Of a stretch of 64,000 nt of DNA, positions 52,902-64,000 are shown one piece after another. Every line of letters starts with the position of its first letter. The first letter of the stretch is position 1. Made by a program: the position numbers and the translations under genes. Location: positions 5,130,303 to 5,194,302 of the forward strand of contig CM082582.2 of the NCBI GenBank assembly GCA_040954595.2, read 5' to 3'. This stretch comes from Balanoglossus misakiensis (Eukaryota; Animalia; Hemichordata). The notes below the pieces were generated by a model. That model was not told the DNA's origin. It did no database searches and saw nothing but the letters and a program-made list of their open reading frames with translations.

Positions 52902-53033
52902 TTACACTGTGGTTTGAAACGATGTGGCAGTCTGGTCCTCGCTGAAAATATCCATTGTGCCTGGCTTTACCCAGGACAGTCCAGAAACCTGAGCACTCTT
53001 GCCGCTATCAACGCTTTGTTCTGACTGCTTCCT
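52902..53033 (-). CDS. AKTIP: AKTIP terminal coding exon
   Basis: [43 protein letters not shown]. Confidence 0.92.
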   Translation of the reverse strand, partial: RKQSEQSVDSGKSAQVSGLSWVKPGTMDIFSEDQTATSFQTTV

Positions 53034-56000
53034 CTAGAAGAAAGAAAACAGGAAAAAGGCAGTCAGACTACACATTTTTGCAGAGTTCAAGCATTTAGAC
53101 AATACTGTAGCATTGATCATATAATAATGCAACAATAACTTCATGTTTATCCAATTGACAAAATAGAAGGCGGAATTTCTATGATCTAGACTTGATACCC
53201 TTTGCAAGTCATTGTTATTTTTTCTAATGTAACTCATTTCTGTGACAGAATTATCTAAACCTTTGCAAGCTTATTAACCCTTTCACCCCCAGTTCCCTCC
53301 TAAGAGACAGACTGACAGACAGACAGCAATAAACAATCCAGTTAACTTTACCTACCTGCTGTACTCCAAACATTGCATCTCTAGCTCTCTCGTGGATTTC
53401 TGGATCCCACTGACTAAATGTAATTTCATGAGGATCATCTGTTTTGGGTGGATCATAAGCTTTACTTTTACAAAATCTAATGGTTTCCGCAACTTTGTCT
53501 CGGAATAAATCAAGGTCTCGTTCATATCTGAAATAAATTTTTTTAAAGAAATGTTCCATTGAGATAACAATTGTATGATTGTAAAACGATGCCTTCGTAC
53601 AATCTGACTAGATGTCCATTATATATTTGTAGAAATAAGTAATTGAGACTTGTACAGTAACATATATCAGACTAAAGAGAATCATGTGTAACTGTATGAC
53701 AGATTAAAATTATACTCTAGGGTTTAATTCACAGAATATGGCAGTGTACTGAAAATGAAGCCAAAAGATACAGCTAATGTCCCATTAACAAATTTAAAGC
53801 AAGAATAAGATGGAACAACAAGAGCAATATAAAATACAGGCATTGTACTTACAAAACAGCAGCTTCTGGGTTGGATGGATTCTTGGTGTCAATTTTATAG
53901 AACACTCTTCTTGCATAGAGTAACACTTGCCAGATGTGATTGACATTGCGTTTCCACTTGGTGAAAGTTCTTTTGGCGTCTAACTCCCCCGTGGTAGGGT
54001 CAACGATGGGATGGAAGATTGGAGGGTCAAACACCAATCTCTGGGAAATTGAGTAATACAAAATGAGTGAGGAGAGAATCACACAGTTAGATGTGCCCAT
54101 AGTCAACCGTGAAGACATTTGCCCTGTATGAGGGATATCATGGGATTAGTGATACAGCAACATGCTACTACAAAGGCTGTGATTCACCTACTGGCTTTCA
54201 ATGAACTAATATTTCTAGCCTCGTTTGATACAAAGCCCCAAATAATTTATAAACACATGGAGAATGCTCGTGTTTGAAAGTCATATTTGGAACTACATGT
54301 ACACCATCCATTCTGACCCCCCCCCCCCCCAGAACTATCTAACAACAGTATACAAACAGAACATCAATTTATAGTCCTTCCAATGATGTATTGTAAGCTC
54401 ATGGTAGTGGGATCCTGACACTGAAATTCAAATTTGGTTTTCAAGGAAACTCACCAATTGAACACATTCATAAACCAGCGATACTATCATCGGTTGGTGC
54501 ATATTGAAAATTGGGAGATACTCATAGAAAGGTGTAAATAGTCAATACTTACTGGACAGTCCCCATCCGGATAATTTTCTGGTATCGACAATGTAAATTT
54601 AAATATTCCTTCTTGATAAAGACCTTGCCTTATAAATATGACACCAAACCACACTGCAAAATCAGAAAGTTTATAGTTACACACAAACTGAATTATGATT
54701 ATTTTGGCGATTTTTTTTCTAAGAAGTTATTTATGTTGTGGAAACAAGTGTGTAAAATAATGTTCATAACTCTGATAATATTTTTAGAGATGATATAGCT
54801 ACTTACGTAAAGCAGATCTGGCTGAAGGTAATACATGTACACCTGGTATACGCTGCTTCAACAGCTGATTGCTAATAGGCACAAAAAACAAACAAACATT
54901 ACAACCTTTGAACTTTGACATTCAAACTTTGATATTGAATACGATGGAGATGAGCTCACATTTATTCAAGTAACAAGTACTACTTATTTATGTGTACTAT
55001 AAATATTGTGCACATCACAACAGAGGGGTACCATGGGACATTCTCAACACATGATAAAAGTTAGGTAAAAATTAGCATAAATTCCAAAAGCTTATGTAAA
55101 AGCTTCTCCTATTATGAATTGTGCCTGACACAGAGATTCTTCTTATTCAAGCAGCTGTTCCCAGCTGTTACAAACGTCAACAAATGATACAATCGTTCTG
55201 TGAAACTTCTGTTTTGTTTATCAAACTGATGAAAAACACTTTTTGATTGAATGAACACCTTTTTTATTAGAATATGAAATTGATTACAGTGCAATACTGG
55301 AGGCTAAAAATATTAATCTCACAGATCGAATGTCCATGGGATGAAATGTTCCTACATCATGACTTCACGATACAGCTTTATTTTGAGAGACAGTGATCCA
55401 GAAGAGAGATCACACACACACACACACACACAAAATAGAAATCATATCTGGTATGCGAACTTCGTGCAATTTGCAGGGAACAGTTATTTGACCAAGACTA
55501 TTGAAATTAATTATGTACTTACTATTCCGCAAGTAGTGAATATTCTAGAAAAAACGGCCCGTATGCAGTGGCTCCGTTCAGTAGATCTGCTGCGTGTTGC
55601 CTTTTCTCAATCATTTTCTGGGAATTAAACTGGGCCTCGGCATCCGGCACAGCTGGCAGCTGTTTCTTAGCACTGTGTTGTCTGACCATTGGGCGATTGC
55701 CGGGTGCTATGTGTGCACCATCAGTTATCTGTAGAAAAAATCAAACAATCAAAATTAAACAAGGACATACTGAAAATGACGCATTAATGTGGAATTTCAC
55801 ACATCTCATTTTTATGAATTTTCTCCACTTGTAATATGATGATACTCAGTAGAGTTCAGTAATTTCAAGGTTTGTGAAATTAGTTAGAAACCATTCATAC
55901 ATGTACCCATAACTATTTAACAAGACACCACAAATCTGTTTCCTATTTTTCGTGATAGCGACTCATAACAGCCAGGGACCACAAGTGGATGACCTAATCC

Positions 56001-59000
56001 GTGATACAAAGTGTATATTCCCAGTAGTTATTACGGGAGTATGTGAAACTGAACAATGGCAGGAAAAGCTGGATTTATTGACTGCATGTATAACTTGGCG
56101 TCTACTATAGTATAAGAACCATTTTGAAGTAAAATTATGTACCAGAATGTTATACATACATGTGATACAAGTTTGGACACAAGGCTGTGTTACACTGTAT
56201 ATGTACATGAATGTATGTACGTGTATACATGTACATCTCACATGATATTACTGTATCTGTAGATTATATGATTCTCATTTCTACAGATTGTGAGATGTGT
56301 ATTGTCATACACAAAATGTTAATACACTAAGCATAATGTCAAGCAGTAAAATTGTATACAGAGAATGTTTGAAATTGGTAAATGTGCACATTTGCAGAAA
56401 GGAAACATAATTATGGATGGTACCACTGAAACCAAACCATACAAACTCTGCAACCAAATATTGACAAGAGAGTTTATTTAAAATTTACAGCAAAAAAGAC
56501 CACAGGAATTCTCTAGGCATGAAGTTATCTAGTCTAGCAAAGACACTTGTGTCTATAATACATGTACCATGAGTGGCCTCTCATGAGTACAGCAATATTT
56601 CAAATGCCAGATGTATGCGTATGTAATGTAATAGGCAGACATCATCGTGGTATTTTCTAGGCTGTGGTTCACCACAGCTGAACAACTCCGCCAAGTCAAT
56701 GAAATTTCAGCCTGGACACACTGTACACACAAAAATCCTAGTGACAATCTTACAATGTACCTTTACCTGTGTTGTACAACTAAGTCCCATCTCTCGCGAT
56801 GTCACGGCGGAAATCAGGAAACGCAAGGGAAAGGCAGGTCAAATCCTGGGCATGGTTTATACGTAATATTTACCCTCGGGGTAATTCAACCCACTGAAAT
56901 TCCGCACGTGAAACTGAGACCGGGTCAGGCCAAAATTATACAGACTGTCATTGGTGGACAGCTGAGTGTCCCAATATCCGATTTCACATCGCAGCTTCTT
57001 TTGAAGTTAATAGCCTAGTAATTTTTATTCACGCATATTTTGTGTTCAAAATAATGTCGGATTAGTTTCAGAGAACCCTGCAACTTGCAAGGCCATCTTC
57101 TGTGTAGAGATTCACACCATCCTGATTCAGATTCCAATGCTAACTTTTTTTATAAATCACTTCAGTTCATTTTTTCCAAAAATTATTTGACGTTACTACA
57201 CGTTATTCCAATGACATTGAACCTGTCAAATTACCAATTTGTTAATATCAAACCCTGTCATGTCTTGCTGTGGTTTTTGAAGTGCGCCACCAATGGCCAA
57301 CGTTTGCAATATAAGACTGGCAAGTTTCGCGACAAGCCGTACATGACAGACGAAAGAATTACATTTTATTCTTGTTATCCATTTCGAAAGTGTAAACATT
57401 GGCCAAGAATGCAAGGGAAGGGGGAGGGAGGGGAGAGAGAGTGAGAGAGAGAGAGAGGGGGAGAGAGACAGACAGAGAGACAGACAGACAGACAGAGCTG
57501 TCTCATATGAATTTAACAAGGACAATCATATCTAAAAATATCATACAATTCAAAGGGACTAAATATATCATGGTATGTTCAGTGTCACCTGTTTGGAACT
57601 AATTTAGCCTTGAAACCTGGGAGACAATTTGAATTGAAAATGAATTGTGGGGGAAATTGACTATTTGTCTAGAACTTACATGTAGTAATGTTTTCAGCAA
57701 ACATTTAACTAACTATTTTGACTGGCACTGGCAGATGTACAAAATGCTGGTGGAAGTATTGTCAATTTGAGGAACAGTTGAACACTAAACAATAGCTAGA
57801 ATAGTAGAATGCAGGTGTTTTTAAATGTACATTGTACTTCGGTTGATATTCAGCCAACATTTAGAGTGCGTATTGCCCAGACACACCCTGTACTGCATAG
57901 AAATTGAGAGCAACGGGATAACCGAGCGATCTACGTCACACCTTTCTCGAACCAGCACAATGGCTGACAATGATTCCAGTCCTGTATCATCAATCAGCAA
58001 ACATGTAATGAACAACTGGAACAGTGTCTGTGTTGAAAAGAGTGGTAGAAATCGCAGCTACCAAAATGATACTTGAAAAGGTGGAGATACGGCCTTTGTG
58101 TATGTGAACAGCTTATTTGAAGGTTTCATCCCCTGGGATAGTTAATGCGCACATGGTTGGAAAAGAAGAATGCTACAGGCTTTGACTTACATGTCCGTAG
58201 AGTCCATACAGCAGGAAGTTCTCATCATCAAGCCTCACCGAGGAACCATCAAAGAAAGCCATCGGTTCCCCCACTCCAGTTAAATCAATACTCAGGGACA
58301 GTACATTTCACCCACACACGCACAAAAACATGTCTGCCCAGCAAGCAAATGCATTCTATACAGAACAAAAACCAACGAAGGAAAAAAGGCTAAGTGATGA
58401 TGCAAATGACCTCCTTGTTGCCATGGTATTCTGGAAGATTCCATTTGTGCACAGTGTAGAGGACAAAAAAAAACGATTAAACTTAATTAATTACATGGGC
58501 CAAGCTGTGAATGGTCTCTATGATCAGAAGACAATTATTCTAATTAACACCAAATTTCCCCATCAGGTTGCACAGCCAAGCAGAGAAAAATGCTTTCGTT
58601 CAAATGGTAGATTCACAACCTTAAATTTACAATAAATAAACTGGAGTGGAATAAATATACAGGGCCTTTTTTTCTGTCTCTCTCTATTTATATCCAACCA
58701 AACAATAGATAACTGGCATCATCCAGGCAGGGCTATGTCTTTGTGTTGTAAATGCAAATCAGCGTAAAAAATAGAGTCAATTAATGATATCCCTACTGAA
58801 ATACAAAGACTGCCCCCTTCTGTACACACAGTACACATAATTGGTGATGCGCAATCATTGTGATTTTAAATATATGTTCTAAATGTATCATTTGAAATTT
58901 TAATAGAACATCATCTGCTGTACCTTTATACAGAAAACACAGATTCACAACCTTACAGTTATAACCACTATCAAAACAAATTCCAATACTTCACTTAAAC

Positions 59001-60147
59001 CTGCACAAGACAATAGATCAGACCACTGAGCAATGACAAACCCTATTGTTTGCCGGTATTGTTACACAAGCACTGTTCGCAGCTGTAGGCAAAACTGTCT
59101 ACTTGGATGAGAAGACAATAGTCTCTCAACATTCTTGTCTATTGTTTTGTCTTTCCAAAGTCTGTGTTGATGAAAAGACATTGGACAGTACTGCATGCAG
59201 CCATAGGCAAAATGCAGGTTCTATTGAACTGTTCGTGTTATGCCACTAGATCAACATCTACTGGCTTTTACGTTGAAATTTTTCACAGCATTGGCTAAAC
59301 ATCTGCTTGAAACTTGCATATGGTCAATTTGAAAATTACATGTATATGATGTGAAAGGTACATAAAATCACCCTTCAATTTACATAATGTTCATATATGG
59401 ATGAAACTAATGTCTTCAATATGACCATTTGGTGACACACTATTCTTTTTTAGTATGACCACCCTGCAGAAATGTGTGATTGTTCTTTAGCTACCAATCT
59501 TTATCATTTCACAAATTCATCCGTAAGAGTCAGACTTAAACTGAGTGTAAACTTGGATACCAGACTGGCCGACACAGAACAGCATACATTTTTTGTATAC
59601 ACCATGATATGTATGTGACAGTGAGTATCCTGGACTTGACTTGGTGATTGGTTGCTGCTAACAAGAGACAACCTCTATCACATTGCTGACATTGAGATCA
59701 AAAACAATATTTGCTCAATACCATTACGGTCAAGAGTACAGATACGTCAGCCACTTTATCTATACAAACCATGTACAAGTACAGTGTGGTTATCTTGATA
59801 GGGAAAATGTCTTAGATACAAAACGAGGCCTGTTTCTAAATTTTAAGTAAAGACAAAGTTTTCTACTATACGGTAGTTTAGTTCTCTTAACCAAACCCTT
59901 GTACCTTTAAAACAGACTGTCAAGGGCACATAGTGATACATTTCGTTTTTAAGTGATTCTTTAATAAACATTCTTCTTTATTTCTGACAATGCATTCTGC
60001 AATGCATAAAATATGTTTTGTTTCTAGGTTTACCTTGCAGTCGCTTATAAAACCACTTATTAACTCTGTTAACATCTTCAAAATATACAGACAAAATTCT
60101 CTTTAAGAAAAACAATGAAAACTTACTCTTTTACTAGATGATGCCAT
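52902..60147 (-). CDS. AKTIP: AKT-interacting protein (FTS), inactive E2 variant: complement(join(52902..53033,53356..53527,53853..54040,54553..54653,54807..54871,55523..55728,60127..60147)), 294 aa
   Basis: [53 protein letters not shown] (Asp at the E2 catalytic Cys position), GLSWVKPG C-terminus. Confidence 0.94.
53278..53299 (-). mobile_element. Truncated inverted end of the 85 bp TTAA MITE
   Basis: ttaa|ccctttcacccccagttccctc is the exact reverse complement of the right end of copy B. Confidence 0.6.
53356..53527 (-). CDS. AKTIP: AKTIP coding exon
   Basis: [57 protein letters not shown]. Confidence 0.94.
53853..54040 (-). CDS. AKTIP: AKTIP coding exon
   Basis: [62 protein letters not shown]. 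Confidence 0.96.
54553..54653 (-). CDS. AKTIP: AKTIP coding exon
   Basis: [33 protein letters not shown]. Confidence 0.96.
54807..54871 (-). CDS. AKTIP: AKTIP coding exon
   Basis: [21 protein letters not shown]. Confidence 0.93.
55412..55431 (+). repeat. (CA)n microsatellite
   Basis: 10 CA units. Confidence 0.9.
55523..55728 (-). CDS. AKTIP: AKTIP coding exon
   Basis: ITDGAH...KKQLPAVP...[14 protein letters not shown]. Confidence 0.93.
57414..57497 (+). repeat. Purine-rich compound microsatellite (GA)n/(GACA)n
   Basis: gagagaga...gacagacagacag. Confidence 0.9.
58191..58262 (-). CDS. AKTIP: Candidate alternative first coding exon of AKTIP ([24 protein letters not shown])
   Basis: ATGG start, 24 codons, phase-0 donor CAT|gtaagt compatible with the acceptor at 55728. 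Confidence 0.45.
60127..60147 (-). CDS. AKTIP: AKTIP first coding segment MASSSKR (exon 60127-60198)
   Basis: acceptor ttttactttcag, Kozak GCCATGG, in-frame upstream stop, phase-0 donor gtaagt; resembles human ...MSTSSVRK| exon end. Confidence 0.72.
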
Positions 60148-60296
60148 GGCTTACATATACGCTCTCCACAAACACCTCATTGATAACTGTTGATTTTTCT
60201 GAAAGTAAAACAAAACAAACATCTTTAAATGATAAAAAAATAAAACATTTCAAGTGAAGAATCAGACTATCATAGTCAGATATTATCAATTTATTA

Positions 60297-60472
60297 CAGT
60301 AAAACTCCAATTATCTGAACTCCAATTATCCGAATTGTTTGGTTATCCGCACTGCTGTCATGTCCCCCAAACAGTTCTGTTGTACACAATCATTATCCGA
60401 ATAACCGAACTGTCTGCATATCCGAACAAAATGAATGTCCCCCTGTCAGTTCGGATAATTGGAGTTTTACTG
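60297..60472. mobile_element. 176 bp MITE, Tc1/mariner superfamily, pogo/Tigger-like
   Basis: TA flanks at 60295-96 and 60473-74; 25 bp TIRs cagtaaaactccaattatc(t/c)gaact with one mismatch; internal ttatccgaa subrepeats. Confidence 0.88.
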
Positions 60473-63008
60473 TACTATTGAGACAATCCTTCTTTTAAAA
60501 TTATTATTACGGTAAGCGGAGTCAAACGCATACACGTCTGCACTGGGTTAGTCGCGACACGTCACAGATCCGATCTGTAAACAGTTAGGCTTAACCATCT
60601 GACCATTTCAGTACAAGGACATGATGTTCTTCAATAACTCAGTAGGTGTCTCTAAAAGATAACCTCTCCTCACCCTGCAATCATCTATACAAGCTAACCT
60701 TGGCATCTGACCTCACTCAATACAGGCCAGCTACGTTGTAAACTCTATACACCTCAGCTTCTTCAAGGATGCTTGTAAAGTCATTGTTACAAGATGTCAA
60801 CAAAGTCTGTTTACAAAGAAACTATAGCTGTACCCCATGAATACCTATCCCGACTTCAACAATTTCACACTTGACCACCACCACATAACGGTGCCCCTCT
60901 CATATAATCTTTTATGGGTTTTCTTACAATGCTAACAAAAGTTACAATCCACTCAATAAAAAAGGGACCTGACCCTTGCATTGTGTTATTCAAAAGTAGG
61001 TCAAGATTTTTACTGAAGTTCATGACATTTCGGTCGATGGACTCAACAAACGAAATTTTAATATATAAATTATAATTAATGTGTATGATAAATTCTAACC
61101 ATACTGCAGATATGTTTTAATTTGTAAAATAGTCCATTGTAGTGGACTTCAACTGTTTAAAATAATTTCCAGATTAGTTGATGATCAAATAACAAAATTT
61201 TGCGCCATTGCCTGTTTGTTGTCATGGTTATCTGAATCCCAAACAAACCAAAAACCACCAAGTAGACTGCCTTGATATTCATTGAAATCTACCTTTGATG
61301 AACTGACACAATTTGAATTTTGCTGTGATTTTATTTTCCCTTAACAACAAGTACAGGTAACTGGAATTTCCGTGGAATGTTGCCTTGGTTGGAAACTAAT
61401 TGACTGAAAGGAACAGTGCCAGTAACTAAAATAGATGTCTCAGTGGTAAGTATTCCTCAGTCAGAAAACAAAATAATAATCAGCAACAAAATGTACGCCG
61501 AAATACAGGTATTCATTAGAGAACAGGAAATGAAAACATTACATGCAAGTACTCTGCCACTAGCAGGTGCTGTTCTTGTACCAACACTAGTGTGTACAGA
61601 GGTCATGTTTCCATTTAACAAGAGTAACTACAACCCAATCTCAGTATAAAGGGTTTGGTTAATCTCATGCATAAAACAATGCATTTATACTCGTAATAGA
61701 AGAAGCCATAAAAAATCCATTTCACTAACAGAAATTTCCATTACAAACTTAAAACGTTTATCATGATTTCGCTTCAGCGGACATTCTGAATTACCCATAC
61801 TAGAAAGAAAAAAAACACCCACCAAAATAATAAGTGAGTGACGTTTTTGTTAAAGCCATTATTTCACGGGTTATCAGTCAACGGTATTATAAGCAATATA
61901 TGAACTGCCCATGGATGACTTGTTTTTCAAAAATCCCATCACCATTGCTCCCACTGTTCTTGGAGACCCTGGCAATCAATATTTTATATCAAAGTAACTT
62001 GGAAATGTGATGTTTGACATGATGTACAGTGTGATATAACAACCACATTTTTGTGATGATGTGAATTGTAGCGGTTAGACTTTGTATCTACATTTACTTT
62101 GACTTGCTAGCAACTGTGCTGTATGGAACCCATACCCATAGCAACAGATGGGCCCCACCCAAAAGGAATAACCGACAATCCCACACTCTGAATATAGATT
62201 AGAAATTGTCAGTATGGTACTTGCATAAATGAATTTTGTAAAGGACATTCACATTTTGCTAAAAATTAACTATGGTTATGAATATTTAATTTATGCAAGA
62301 GTTAACACTACACAATAACATGTAACTTTCATTGTATTGTATTATTTTGTGTTGTATTGTATTATTGTGTTGTTTCTAGGATCTGTTGGGCCTACATGTT
62401 TTGTATACTCTGTCCACGGTCACTCCCCACACTGTGGGACATGTATGGGACCGGGCCTCAGAATAAAGTAGCTACCGGCTATCCCTCAATATTTTTTCAG
62501 ACAAAAGGGAACAATAACACAGGCCATGTTTCACACAACTTTGGTATCTGATTCAATACTGTACATGACTCAGAAACCACCAACGGCATAGTTACGCAAC
62601 ATCACACCTGTAAATGTTTGTCGTAAGTCGTACTCTACTAGTTTGCACATGCATGCCTAAAATTTGAATGGCATCATCATCATCATCGGACATTGTAAAT
62701 GGGCAGTGCAATGTGCGATGTAAAAAAAATGTCGGCACCAGATATTTATGATTCATTCCCCCCAAAGTACAATGGTATATATAAAGTGATGAAAACTTGG
62801 AATGACTGTCGCGATTTATCACGTTCTTCCGATTTCATGCACCACACATTTCATGTTTACGTTTCTACCGGTAAACCAAAGTGTGCAACAGGTCGATCGG
62901 ACGGACGTGGACCTCGCACCTCCCACCCCGAGACCACAAAATTTGATGACACGATCGATTTAGCGAGGACTACATAGAACGATTAAGTAACTCCCATATT
63001 GAACTCAC

Positions 63009-63125
63009 CTTCACTTTCGCTTAATTAATCTCGCTTGATCTAAACGCACGGCAATAGTCCCTGAAAGCGCGAGGAAACATTTGTGGGCGTTCTTCACTGG
63101 ATGAGATCCGCCATCTTGTACTGTT
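63009..63125 (-). other. AKTIP: Putative non-coding first exon of AKTIP (5' boundary approximate)
   Basis: CpG-rich patch, YY1-type CAAGATGGCGG, donor AAG|gtgagt at 63008; no competing downstream gene seen. Confidence 0.65.
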
Positions 63126-64000
63126 TGGTCGAAATGCATGTTGGGTCGTCAAACGTTGCGTCGGCCCCTCTTGACGTTAGAGGGCAGAGTTCATTGGTCA
63201 ATTTGGAAAACCAATACCTCATTTTCATGCGCTTTGATACTTATTTTGCGACGTTTTCAACCCCCTTTGTATTGCATTTTTAGTGGATGTGAACAAGACT
63301 TTAATTTTGTTTCGGAAATAATACGAAAATTGCTTCTCCTGTGGTTTGTTTATGATAAAGAAGAATCTTTTCTCTGAGATGTTTGGACTGTTTCAGAAAG
63401 CTCCTTGCTGAACATCCTTTGCCATTCAAGACATTCCAAGATGGTTAGTTACAATGTATGTACTCTCAGGCCACACACAACAACAAAACAAGACACAACA
63501 TACCATTATATCTGGCATTTCTTCCTTTTAATAATTATCAAACTTGAAACTGAAATACATAACATGTCAGTCACAGTAATTGTACTCTATCTTTTCATAA
63601 AAAAGACAAATAAAATCTGTTTTGATAAGAACGGTAAAACAGGACAACAAGATGATGCTCCTAGTCCTAAACAGGAAAGCTTTTGTTGTGTAAAGGAAAA
63701 AGGTTCAAAATACATGTTTCTAAAGTAAAATAATTCCAGAAGATTTAATGTTGTTATGCTTTAATACAAGTTGAATTTTGATTGTCACAGTTCTGCTTTC
63801 ATGTTTATAACCGATATTGGCAACAATATTCAGTGTATAACATGGTTTGTTGTCTTAAATCACGTTGCATACCATACAGGAATAAACATGCACACAGCTT
63901 GATGCCAAACATCACATCACAGTAACTGTATCTGTGATTTCACCATCTCACATAATGGCTGTCAATCTTCACACCTGATGAAGACAGGGCTGTGTGCCAG

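Noticed and set aside
52183-53024. 114 aa (-) and 139 aa (+) ORFs
   Set aside because: Lie in the AKTIP 3' UTR or antisense to its last exon; no homology
61020-61052. Minus-strand hammerhead-like ttgttgagtccatcgaccgaaatgtc
   Set aside because: Catalytic CTGANGA core absent (TTGTTGA) and stem I not evident
62330-62495. (TTGTA)-rich tract and possible LINE 3' UTR remnant
   Set aside because: Too degenerate to assign orientation or family without a repeat library
1-64000. CRISPR arrays, operons, rRNA or tRNA genes
   Set aside because: No regularly spaced direct repeats or RNA gene signatures seen; the sequence is a spliced animal locus

Overview
Eukaryotic (animal) genomic DNA with intron-rich genes, so most entries in the ORF track are spurious. 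Four spliced genes were reconstructed by hand, all with GT-AG introns and consistent phases: CBFB (+, 6 coding exons, 4665-33487, 192 aa), KATNB1 (-, 16 coding exons, 48531-39419, 661 aa), a C8orf82/UPF0598 homolog (+, 3 exons, 49113-50325, 219 aa) and AKTIP/FTS (-, non-coding exon at ~63.0-63.1 kb plus 7 coding exons, 60147-52902, 294 aa). KATNB1 and C8orf82 are head-to-head; CBFB/KATNB1 and C8orf82/AKTIP are tail-to-tail. CpG-poor gene bodies, CpG-rich promoters and a vertebrate-like CBFB C-terminus suggest an invertebrate, probably a deuterostome (inference only). Also present: a pogo/Tigger-like MITE, a TTAA-flanked piggyBac-like MITE family, a LINE/SINE 3' end and microsatellites. No prokaryotic-type system or CRISPR array was seen. 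Best leads: a Harbinger-transposase-like relic behind a strong splice acceptor in the CBFB 3' UTR, a candidate alternative AKTIP first coding exon near an X-box, three uORFs in the AKTIP leader, a possible 12-nt CBFB microexon, a ~10 kb CpG-rich domain over CBFB, and linkage of genes whose human orthologs lie on 16q/8q.
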